Assembly: GCA_038245785.1 (NCBI GenBank)
Contig: JBBRSB010000007.1
Span: 32,001 to 96,000, forward strand
Length of the DNA: 64,000 nucleotides
Direction: 5' to 3'
Source: Gloeobacterales cyanobacterium
GTDB lineage: Bacteria; Cyanobacteriota; Cyanobacteriia; Gloeobacterales; PMM-0068
Part shown: positions 40,801-48,952 of the stretch, one piece after another
How positions within the stretch are numbered: position 1 is the first letter of the stretch
Layout: each line of letters opens with the position of its first letter
Translations under genes and position numbers: made by a program
The notes under the pieces: generated by a model
Seen by the model: the letters and a program-made list of their open reading frames with translations, nothing else
The model's database searches: none
Told to the model about the DNA's origin: nothing

Positions 40801-41267
40801 GGGCTTTTGGCACCTTGCAGTGTGCCTGGAAACATCGAGATGCCATGCTATCGCCTAAGCAGGGGACTTTAGGTTTTATCGGATTGCCCAATACATGGAT
40901 CTTCCAAATTATCTTTTCTCTAATTTCACCGATCACCGATTTAGTGTTTATTGGCTCCATTGCCTCGATCTTCATCACCAAATGGCAACACCCCTATGAG
41001 TACTCGCCCGCCAATGCAATCGCCGTTCTGCTCTACTTTGTCCTCTTTATGGCCATAGATTTGGTGACATCTTTCATTGCCTTCCAGCTAGAAAAAGAAG
41101 ATACTTCTTTGATTATCTGGCTTGTTATCCAACGCTTCGTTTATCGGCAAGTGATGTACTACGTGATGATCAAATCTGTACTCAGTGCTTTGAAAGGATT
41201 AGCACCAGGCTGGGGAAAACTGGAACGCAAGGCTACCGCAACCAACATTTCAAAGAACTATGTTTAG
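37869..41267 (+). CDS. GH18 + NodB polysaccharide deacetylase + GT2 glycosyltransferase fusion
   Basis: FDGLTIDFE and LMAYDQH (GH18); ALTFDDGP, GNHTYTHP, VLLHD (CE4); DDGS, LDAD, LAED, QRYRW (processive GT2). Confidence 0.92.
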   Translation: MNKLPIFHDPSGQRWRWISSLSVIVGIISAILLTSFTVSLLTTPPRALLPFKLAHGPLKAINFDTSKVEIFNRHLGKSSIATYKKLAFPSPSPVSVGFYVNWDDSSYASLAKNINYLDWLIPEWVHLKTGKNSLSYDIDKKVIDLVKNKQSNIKILPLVNNFEQEEWKSEALTQWIGDAESRTLLVDRLTQFVQKNGFDGLTIDFENVPKASQKDLLAFMSELHQVFAAHDWLVVQSVPFNDPDWVLPRYAAVTDDLILMAYDQHYTSGQAGPIASQDWFNDTLDQQMSKLDPAHTIISLGNYGYDWKTDKQGHTEGNDVTYQEAMLTARDSEAYIHYDATMNPHFAYEEEGDVHHVWFLDAVTAYNQVQASKDYHPAGYALWRMGSEDPSIWQFFSHQNLGNVPNKELVSSLKDIHFDYDVDFEGTGEILQVAALPTQGKRKLSTNQEGLIEHESYTKYPSAYVIQRTGNQDPKAVALTFDDGPDLQWTPQVLAVLKQKKVPATFFIVGQNANRASWLLNQIVRDGHELGNHTYTHPNLGAVPNQVTDLELTATERLVESVTGHQMRLWRAPYFGDAEPKIPSEVEPILEAQRKLNYIAVGLRVDPDDWDTDNPNPELRANPGNITQRTIEGITSKDPDQRGQIVLLHDSGGDRSATIAALPRIIDELQARGYHFVTVGALAGLTPDVVSPTVPKDNSITNFSNAVVFYAGEISQWALYWIFTAGIILGITRIVFITTIAILHRRRATPSFSPTYKPYVSIVVPAYREEKVVNRTISTLLASDYEGEFEIIMVDDGSPDRTFEVVKEQFKNHPQVRVYQKLNGGKASALNYGIEKAKGEIIIALDADTLFPKDAVRLLVRHFEDPNVGAVAGNAKVGNRINLVTRWQALEYIISQNLDRRAFDFFNCITVVPGAIGAWRKIDVLAAGGFSSDTLAEDQDLTIAIRKRGQVIAYEEKALCYTEAPDTLTTLAKQRYRWAFGTLQCAWKHRDAMLSPKQGTLGFIGLPNTWIFQIIFSLISPITDLVFIGSIASIFITKWQHPYEYSPANAIAVLLYFVLFMAIDLVTSFIAFQLEKEDTSLIIWLVIQRFVYRQVMYYVMIKSVLSALKGLAPGWGKLERKATATNISKNYV

Positions 41268-41286
41268 TTCTAGGTGAATTAAGAAG

Positions 41287-41378
41287 ACCTCCTATAGTCT
41301 CCCTTTGCCAGGCGTTAGCGTAGCGTCTCTGCAAGAGGCAGCCTTCTCGGAGGGTGGGGGACGGCTATAGCCGGGGGT
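41287..41378. repeat. Hairpin repeat (family B) carrying the inserted mini-element
   Basis: Same flanks as 36797-36841, with GGCGTTAGCGTAGCGTCTCTGCAAGAGGCAGCCTTCTCGGAGG in the loop. Confidence 0.8.
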
Positions 41379-41388
41379 TTAAGCCCAC

Positions 41389-42261
41389 CTAACTGTTAGT
41401 TGCAGAGGAGTTCTCAAAGCCTAGCACCGTGTTGTATCCACCGCTATCAATAACAATTTCCCCCGTCAAATCGTAATTTCCTCTGTTTGCAATCGCTCGA
41501 AATACATCACAACGTCCTGCAGATATTCTCCATACGTCACGAGTTTTTTCATCGTCAGGGTTCGTTAGCGTTTCTCGACGCTCGGTCAAGAAACTATTGA
41601 GCCAAACTTTCTCATCTACTCCTTCTTTTGGAGTACCGCCTACCGATTGACGAGTACGTTCTAAGATAGCGAGTAGACCATCGGGATCATTGCCTCCCCC
41701 ATGCTGAATTATTGTATCGTAGACCGCTGCCCGAGCCAAAGCGGTATGAAGACCTAGCTCATTAGAGTACTGGACCGAAGGTTGGTAATAATATTGATCG
41801 GAAATAGCATCTTGAGCTTTTCTAAAAATGGGGTCTTGCGCTGCTGTCTTCCAGTCTTCGAAAAATCCATCTAGTCCTTCTTGGTCATTACTTCTTTCTT
41901 GATATAGTTCCTGCAGTCTCGGAATAAACTTTGTTAGTAAATTGTCTGGGTTTTGGCGAGTATATTCCTTCACTACAGCTAAGAGGTCTCCTGTAGCAGT
42001 AGTAAAACCTGCTCGACCAGCGGTAATGCCACGTCCATCACCTAGAGCTTCTACATAGGAATATCCAAAATCGAAAGAGCCGTTTTCAAAGAGATTAGTG
42101 AGTTGTTCCGCTCGATGTTTTTGAAAATCATCTAGGGGAGTATAATTTGTACCCGCGAGCATAGCTGTTAGTCGCCCAGAATTAGAGATTCCGAAGAAGA
42201 CCAAGAGACTAACGGCCACAATCAATACTCTGACGAAGGTCTGGTTATTTTTGCTAGACAC
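41389..42261 (-). CDS. Chitosanase, GH46
   Basis: TNLFENGS, LGDGRGITAGRAGFTTATGD, YDTIIQHG, and an N-terminal hydrophobic segment. Confidence 0.9.
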   Translation of the reverse strand: MSSKNNQTFVRVLIVAVSLLVFFGISNSGRLTAMLAGTNYTPLDDFQKHRAEQLTNLFENGSFDFGYSYVEALGDGRGITAGRAGFTTATGDLLAVVKEYTRQNPDNLLTKFIPRLQELYQERSNDQEGLDGFFEDWKTAAQDPIFRKAQDAISDQYYYQPSVQYSNELGLHTALARAAVYDTIIQHGGGNDPDGLLAILERTRQSVGGTPKEGVDEKVWLNSFLTERRETLTNPDDEKTRDVWRISAGRCDVFRAIANRGNYDLTGEIVIDSGGYNTVLGFENSSATNS

Positions 42262-42407
42262 TCCCTAGCTCCTCAATGATTGCACAGCGCACTATTCATC
42301 AATAACACACATAATTTCACTCTAGGTCAGAGCGATGTTACTGAAATCCAACTCAAGAGATAACTCTGCCCGCTAAGGTAGGAGAAGCTCCTAGGGATAA
42401 CGACGCC

Positions 42408-43571
42408 CTAACTCTTCTTCTGCAGGAAAGGATACTCAATATATCGATGGGCTAAACAAGAAACTCCAATCGCAAGTACCCCACAGAAGAAGGCGAACAG
42501 CCAGAAAAGAGCTATCGGCAATTCTTTGAAAGGAAGCACCCCATTCAGCATATGACAGGCGACATAGAGCAAAATGCCATGCAAAAGATAGACGTCATAG
42601 CTGATGGTGCCTAAGAGCCGAGCGGCAGGCGCGGTTAACAGACCCCAGAGATTATTTCCATAGAGGAAGATTGCAAAGGCAATGGAAAAGCAAAATATCC
42701 GTGCAGGATTAGGTAGTACATGGAAAATTTCTCCTAGAACAGCTATGGCTAGACATAGAAGAGCAACTCCAGAGAGGAGCGGTTGAGCGCACAGTTTCTC
42801 CCAACGGACTCTAGGGTAGAGATGAGCAATCGCCATGCCGCATAAAAAGGACAGTAACGCCCCAGCATGCAGGGTGGGCAACCCTCGACTAAAGGCTACA
42901 ACGGCGAGACTGAGGCCTACAAATCGAAGGGGAGTGGCGAGAAAGGCAAGCAGGGGCAGGATTAAATAGAAATTCACTTCATAGGCTAAAGTCCACGCCA
43001 CCTCAGCATTAATCTGCCAAGTTGAGGTTCCATTGACATTCGGAAACAGATGGTATCCATAGAAAAGCGGAAAATTAAAGCCTTGGACCGTTATCCAATT
43101 ACCCATTGCAGACAAAGACATCAGTAAAGGCGCTTTGACCGAGAAATGCGATTGCACAATCGTCACAAGCATGATCAAAGCTAGAGAAAACCAATAGAGC
43201 GGGAAAATACGAAAAAATCGCCCTTGATAGAACTTTTTTAAATTCAAGCGGGGAGAAACGATCGCCTTCGACCAGAATAAAAATCCTGTAATCATGAAAA
43301 AGAACCAGACGGCTCCTTGCCCTAGAGCGTAATAAAAGGGCGAGGCCGGAGACCAGTTTCCTTCTCTAAGAAGAATGTAATTACAGGAGGCATGCGTAAA
43401 GAAAACGCCTAAGGCAAGAAATCCCCGCAGTCCATCCAGGGTTGGATATCGGGTTTTCTCTGAGCGTTGAACAGCTTCTTGAAAAAACTCTGATCGTTGA
43501 ACGATAAGTTGAGCCGTCCAGAAAAACAGTGGACTCAGAATAAAGTATGGCAGAAAGCCACTAAGTCCCAT
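42408..43571 (-). CDS. Acyltransferase family 3 (membrane O-acyltransferase)
   Basis: LDGLRGFLALGVFFTH, FFMITGFL, WTLAYE, LGTISYDVYLLH, RYIEYP. Confidence 0.92.
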   Translation of the reverse strand: MGLSGFLPYFILSPLFFWTAQLIVQRSEFFQEAVQRSEKTRYPTLDGLRGFLALGVFFTHASCNYILLREGNWSPASPFYYALGQGAVWFFFMITGFLFWSKAIVSPRLNLKKFYQGRFFRIFPLYWFSLALIMLVTIVQSHFSVKAPLLMSLSAMGNWITVQGFNFPLFYGYHLFPNVNGTSTWQINAEVAWTLAYEVNFYLILPLLAFLATPLRFVGLSLAVVAFSRGLPTLHAGALLSFLCGMAIAHLYPRVRWEKLCAQPLLSGVALLCLAIAVLGEIFHVLPNPARIFCFSIAFAIFLYGNNLWGLLTAPAARLLGTISYDVYLLHGILLYVACHMLNGVLPFKELPIALFWLFAFFCGVLAIGVSCLAHRYIEYPFLQKKS

Positions 43572-43744
43572 AGGCTCTCTTGGGTAGTGTTTCAGGGTTT
43601 ATGGATTGACGCTCACAATCTAGGGGCCTACTCTAACTAGCCCTAAAGACTATCACAACAGAGGTGTAGCACTGACCCACTGGAAAATGCCCAAGCAAAA
43701 CTATGTAGGCTGTGCTGTCTAGCTACCATCCACGAATTCAACCC

Positions 43745-44617
43745 TCAGTTGGCCGACATCCAGGTAATACATTGCTCTAGCTGCTTATGCATAGTTTCTG
43801 CCGCTGCGTGATGACGACGGCCATGACCAGGGAGTACCCATTCAAAGGAATAGCTCGTAAGCTTTTTCATTGACTGGACTAGCATAGGCCAGGAATACCA
43901 GCAGGCATTTCGAAAAGCTACGAGCTGGTTATAGCGATCGGACCAAGCCAGATGGTCTCCGGTGAAAAGGAACTTATTTTTGTAGAGCAGAACCGTATGA
44001 CCTTTGGTGTGACCGGGTACTGAAATAATCAGCAAATCAGAAGCTAAGGCAACGGGTTCAGTGCCCAAAAGCTGATTTTCCACTTCACGGGTATTTGGCC
44101 CAATGTCGTCCTTGTGCAAAATGCGTTCACAGCCGAAATGCTGATGAAACTTCTGATGGTCTGCTACATCGTCTCGGTGGGTCAAATAGAGGTAGCGAAT
44201 GCCCCCCATTGCTTCTAGCTGTTTGACCAAGGGTGCAGCAAAACGAGGAGAATCCACCAGCACATTACCTTCTGGTCGCTGAATCAGATAGCTTGCGGCC
44301 CCGTAGGAACTTTCCGCATGATAGCCGCAATGATAAACGTTTTCGGCAACCAAAATTGGAAAACTCTGCTGGACTGCTTTGATATCCATCGGCTTCTCCA
44401 CCGTTCCAATCGAAGCCGTAGGACAGGCTAACAGAGCTTGCATTGCGCGCAATCGTTCTTTTTCATTTTCTGGTTGGTGATAGACCGCAGACTGATCCCC
44501 CGCTTCATGGAAAACCTCAGGGGCCATCCAACGGCAGGTATCACAATCAATGCAGGTACTGTCTACATAAAGGTCCCCACTGATATTTTCGGGGCGACGT
44601 TGTTCTAGACGAGCCAT
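43745..44617 (-). CDS. Ferredoxin-MBL fold metallo-hydrolase fusion
   Basis: CIDCDTC...CP ferredoxin, then LTHRDDVADH, PGHTKGH, FTGDH, PGHG. Confidence 0.9.
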   Translation of the reverse strand: MARLEQRRPENISGDLYVDSTCIDCDTCRWMAPEVFHEAGDQSAVYHQPENEKERLRAMQALLACPTASIGTVEKPMDIKAVQQSFPILVAENVYHCGYHAESSYGAASYLIQRPEGNVLVDSPRFAAPLVKQLEAMGGIRYLYLTHRDDVADHQKFHQHFGCERILHKDDIGPNTREVENQLLGTEPVALASDLLIISVPGHTKGHTVLLYKNKFLFTGDHLAWSDRYNQLVAFRNACWYSWPMLVQSMKKLTSYSFEWVLPGHGRRHHAAAETMHKQLEQCITWMSAN

Positions 44618-44803
44618 AGGTTTATGCCTCTCTGCTAAGGCTCTAGTCACTCCATTGTCGCTATTTCAGCCAAGAGCCGCCACTGCTTGTAGCCTGCATA
44701 GCCCTAAAAATCTTACCTTCTGGAACCCAACGCTAGAAACTCGCATCCAAGTGAATAAAGAAGCAGACTGGAAAGAATTTGAGTTCTTTAATTAACGCTG
44801 ACG

Positions 44804-46333
44804 ATGACAGTACTCCCGCCCCTCATTCAACACATGCTCAAACCGGAGTTTTATCCTCATCCGGTGACGGAGCCGATTGAATTGATTCAGACCCATATTT
44901 CCTATGTCTTGCTGACAGGAGAATATGCCTATAAAGTTAAGAAGCCTGTGAATTTTAGCTTTTTAGATTTTACAGTCTTAGAAAAACGCAAATACTTCTG
45001 TGAAGAAGAACTGAGGCTGAATCAGCGAGGAGCTCCTCATTTATATTTAGAAGTCTTACCGATTACCAAAGTGGACCATCAGGTATCACTTAATGGGGAA
45101 GGAGAGCCTATAGAGTACACCTTGAAAATGTGTCAATTTCCACAGGAAGCCCTCTTCATTCATTTATTCGAGAAAGGGGAATTGACGGAAAAATGGATGG
45201 AAGACTTAGGTCGGGTTGTAGCCAAATTCCATGCCCAAGCCCAAACCAATGAGGCTATTCGCAGCTTTGGCAGTATTTCTCAAATTCGAGAAGCGATTGA
45301 CCAGAACTATGCACAGACCAAAAAATATATCAGTGGTCCGCAAACCCAGGAGCAATTTGACCAAACCCGAAACTTTACAGATAAATTCTTTCAAGAGCAA
45401 CAAGCATTATTCAATAACCGAGTAGCCAATAACCGAATTCGTGAATGCCATGGAGACTTACATTTAGGCAATATTTGTCTTTGGAAAGACCAAATTCTAC
45501 TATTCGATTGCATCGAATTCAATCAGTCTTTCCGCTTTGTAGATGTCATGTATGATGTGGCTTTTGTGGTCATGGATTTAGAGGCCCAGCAACGACCAGA
45601 GTTAGCAAATGCATTCTTAAATACCTATGTAGAAGAAACAGGAGACTGGGAGGGACTACAGGTTTTGCCTTTGTATCTCATTCGTCAAGCCTATGTGCGC
45701 GCAAAAGTAACTTCCTTTCTCCTAGATGAACCAGAGATAGCAGAAGAGGCAAAAGCAGAGGCGAAGAAAAAAGCGGCTTATTACTACCAGCTAGCCTGGC
45801 AATATACCCAAAATCATCAAGGACAGCTAATCCTGATGTCAGGACTCTCTGGTTCTGGCAAAAGCACCGTCGCTCGCTATTTTTCTCGACGACTGCGGGC
45901 TGTTCATATCCGTTCGGATGCTGTACGCAAACATTTGGGTGGCATCGCTCTTTATGAAAAAGGAGGAGAAAAACTGTACACACCAGCGATGACCGAGCAA
46001 ACCTATAAGCATCTATTAAACTTAGGGATAAGATTAGCGGGTCAAGGTTATGCTGTGATTCTAGATGCAAAATACGATCAGCAAATTTTTAGAATAACCG
46101 CTCTAGAGCAAGCCCAAGTGAATCATCTGCCCTTTCGTATTTTCTATTGCACTGCACCCCTTGAAGTTCTACGTGATCGCCTACAGAGACGCAAAGGGGA
46201 TATTACGGATGCTGGAGCTGATCTATTAGCGCAACAATTACAAACAACACAACCTTTTAAAGAACTAGAACAGCCTTATATCAAAGTATTAGATACTACT
46301 CAGGGTTTAGAGGCATTATGGGATTGCATATAA
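44804..46333 (+). CDS. Bifunctional aminoglycoside phosphotransferase-like / AAA kinase protein
   Basis: QTHISYV, RECHGDLHLGN, FDCIEFN, GLSGSGKST. Confidence 0.9.
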   Translation: MTVLPPLIQHMLKPEFYPHPVTEPIELIQTHISYVLLTGEYAYKVKKPVNFSFLDFTVLEKRKYFCEEELRLNQRGAPHLYLEVLPITKVDHQVSLNGEGEPIEYTLKMCQFPQEALFIHLFEKGELTEKWMEDLGRVVAKFHAQAQTNEAIRSFGSISQIREAIDQNYAQTKKYISGPQTQEQFDQTRNFTDKFFQEQQALFNNRVANNRIRECHGDLHLGNICLWKDQILLFDCIEFNQSFRFVDVMYDVAFVVMDLEAQQRPELANAFLNTYVEETGDWEGLQVLPLYLIRQAYVRAKVTSFLLDEPEIAEEAKAEAKKKAAYYYQLAWQYTQNHQGQLILMSGLSGSGKSTVARYFSRRLRAVHIRSDAVRKHLGGIALYEKGGEKLYTPAMTEQTYKHLLNLGIRLAGQGYAVILDAKYDQQIFRITALEQAQVNHLPFRIFYCTAPLEVLRDRLQRRKGDITDAGADLLAQQLQTTQPFKELEQPYIKVLDTTQGLEALWDCI

Positions 46334-47211
46334 ATATTCTTGCCCTAGGCATAGTGCTTACTTTTTCACTATCAGCCCATGCTCAAAAAATATCGAGTCC
46401 AATCAAAACCGGCGACTTATCTCCTCAAGAAGTAATTCAGGATTTAGCTCAAGCAAATGTAGTCTATTTGGGAGAAACCCACGATAGTCCAGCAGACCAC
46501 AAAGCGCAACTCGATATCATTCAACAACTCTATCAAAAAGACCCTAAGCTGGCGATTGGGATGGAAATGTTTCAGCGACCTTATCAACCTTTCATCGAAG
46601 GTTATCTCCAAGGGAAGCTAACCGAAGAGCAGCTGCAGAAAGAGAGTGAATATGAAAAGCGTTGGGGGTTTTCTTGGGAAAACTATGCCCCGATACTACG
46701 ATTCGCTAAGGATAAGCAAATTCCCGTCTTAGCCTTGAATACACCCACAGAAGTTACCAAAAAGGTATCTCGCAAAGGATTAAAGAGCCTTAAGATTGCT
46801 GATAAAAAGTTTATTCCACCTTTGTCCGACATCCGTACCGATAATGCAAAGTACCGAGCATTACTGAAAGAATCCTATGAATCATTTCACGGCCATCAAC
46901 AGGGAAGTAAGACAAGTAAATCTAAAGACCCCCAGGCATTTGAGCACTTCTTCCAAGCTCAAGTTCTCTGGGATGAAACAATGGCAGCAGTCGTCGCTCA
47001 ATTTCTAAGAAATACTCCCAGCTCCTATGTTGTTGTTCTCGCAGGCCAGGGTCACATTGCTTATGGCTACGGTATTCCCAGCCGAGTGGCACGGCGAATT
47101 AACACACTCTCCATAAAACCGATCGCGCAGCGGTCTGTTCTCCTCAATCTGTCCGAAGAGCTTTCTCAAGCAAAGCCACGGATGGCAGATTATTTTTGGA
47201 GAACTCCCTAA
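46318..47211 (+). CDS. ChaN family haem/iron-uptake protein
   Basis: VVYLGETHD, GMEMFQ, QVLWDETMA, LAGQGH...GIPSR. Confidence 0.88.
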   Translation: MGLHINILALGIVLTFSLSAHAQKISSPIKTGDLSPQEVIQDLAQANVVYLGETHDSPADHKAQLDIIQQLYQKDPKLAIGMEMFQRPYQPFIEGYLQGKLTEEQLQKESEYEKRWGFSWENYAPILRFAKDKQIPVLALNTPTEVTKKVSRKGLKSLKIADKKFIPPLSDIRTDNAKYRALLKESYESFHGHQQGSKTSKSKDPQAFEHFFQAQVLWDETMAAVVAQFLRNTPSSYVVVLAGQGHIAYGYGIPSRVARRINTLSIKPIAQRSVLLNLSEELSQAKPRMADYFWRTP

Positions 47212-47248
47212 CTGCTATTTTCCATTGATTGTTGACTTGGGAGCAAAT

Positions 47249-48529
47249 CTAACCTGCCTTTGCTTCCTCGGTTTGTTGAGGAGACTGATTCTTCAGCATC
47301 GTATTGCCCTCAATGTAGCGTTCGTACCAGTTCATCAACGGCGTGGATGAGATGCCGTGCAGAATAACAGAAAGCACGATCGTCACAAATGTAATCCAGG
47401 CAATTTGTTCTCCAACATCCCCTTTCAAACCCTTGCCCAGAGCGTAAGCCAAATAGTAGATAGAGCCAACGCCGCGAATTCCGAACCAGCCATAAAGCCA
47501 GCGCGTGGCAGGATGAACAGGGAGTCCAATCGTGCTCATCCAGGCACCAAGCGGACGAATGAGAAACAGTAAGGGAATGGCTACAAGCAAGGCATTTCCA
47601 CCAAAGCGTAAAATGGGCTCGTGTCGCAGTAGCGATCCTAATAGCAGAATGGCACCAATCTCAGATAGCTTTTCAAGCCGCTCAATGAAGCGAAGTTGTG
47701 AGAGGGCTTTTTCTTGATCGCGGCGGCGTTGCATGGTCATTCCTGCAACAAATACTGCCAAAAAACCATATCCATGAACCAGTTCCGTCAGGGAGTAAGT
47801 GATGAGAATCGTACTCAAGGCGACGAAATCTTCGATCAAATCATCGGCGGGGCGATGAAGTTGAAGCCTGTAGTCAATCCATCTCACGGCTCTAGCGACG
47901 GCATAACCCATAACCGTGCCCGCAAAAATTGCCCATAGCAGGTCAACCACAACCCATTCTTTAACCCACTCTTGCCAGTTTGGATTTTCGAGTGCTCTCA
48001 GCCCAAAATAGACAAACGGAAAAGCGAGTGCATCGTTTAGTCCCCCTTCTGAGGTGAGTCCAAAGCGCAGTTCGTCTCGGTCGCTGGGGTCATATAACTG
48101 GACTTCCGAGGCAAGCACCGGGTCAGTCGGTGCTAAGATGGCGCCTAGCAAAATTGACGCTCCCCACTCTAGTTTTAGAATCCAATGTCCGATAGCGGCG
48201 ACCGCAAAAATCGAGATTGGCATCAACAGCCCAATCAGCCGTATCGTAGAGTCCCAGGCCCGAAGCTGTAGTGGGCGAGTCATCTTTAATCCACAACCGA
48301 AGAGAGATACCAGCACCACAAACTCTGCAGCGCGTTCTAAAAACTCGGCATCAGGGCGGATTTGAACCAGATTAAACCCGTACGGACTGAGGAGAATTCC
48401 GACGACAAGGTAAATCAGAGCATAGGAGAACGGTAGGCGAGAAATCCAACCTGACCCCAGGGTTATTGCGAGTAACAACAGACCGATAACCAGCAGATCA
48501 AGGATGTAAATATCCACAGGCAAATTCAA
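47249..48529 (-). CDS. Cation:proton antiporter (CPA1/NhaP-like)
   Basis: Many TM helices, LAPTDPVLAS, SEGGLNDALAFP, WFGIRG. Confidence 0.92.
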   Translation of the reverse strand: MNLPVDIYILDLLVIGLLLLAITLGSGWISRLPFSYALIYLVVGILLSPYGFNLVQIRPDAEFLERAAEFVVLVSLFGCGLKMTRPLQLRAWDSTIRLIGLLMPISIFAVAAIGHWILKLEWGASILLGAILAPTDPVLASEVQLYDPSDRDELRFGLTSEGGLNDALAFPFVYFGLRALENPNWQEWVKEWVVVDLLWAIFAGTVMGYAVARAVRWIDYRLQLHRPADDLIEDFVALSTILITYSLTELVHGYGFLAVFVAGMTMQRRRDQEKALSQLRFIERLEKLSEIGAILLLGSLLRHEPILRFGGNALLVAIPLLFLIRPLGAWMSTIGLPVHPATRWLYGWFGIRGVGSIYYLAYALGKGLKGDVGEQIAWITFVTIVLSVILHGISSTPLMNWYERYIEGNTMLKNQSPQQTEEAKAG

Positions 48530-48867
48530 TATATGAATAGGGATTCTACTTTAAAGCTTCGCCTTACAGAAATTCATCCATCCTTTGACGGATTTGTGAT
48601 GACACTCCCCATGGTTTGCAAAAGTAGCCACGTTTACTGTCAATCATCATTTGCTCCAATCCTTCAGCAAATCTACACATTTCGGACGTGTCGGAAGAGA
48701 TTATTTAGAGCAAGAAAGTCCTATATTGTATCTCTGAAATCAGCCTAGAAATGCTTCCATTTAAATAGATTAGGCTGTGTGGTCAGATACAGGAAGAGAC
48801 CCGTTCAGATAAGCACATCACTATTTGTTTACAGAACTACGTAAATAACTACTATCTTAAATCAAGC

Positions 48868-48897
48868 CATAACCCAAAATTATCCTTTTCTTAAAGA
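48868..48897 (+). promoter_or_regulatory. Possible Pho box-like motif
   Basis: CATAACCC-aaa-ATTATCCT-ttt-CTTAAAGA, 11-bp period, upstream of a phosphoesterase gene. Degenerate match. Confidence 0.4.
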
Positions 48898-48952
48898 AGG
48901 CCTCATATTGTGGCAATGTGCATCATCAAACTTCTCTATAACTAGGAAATTT

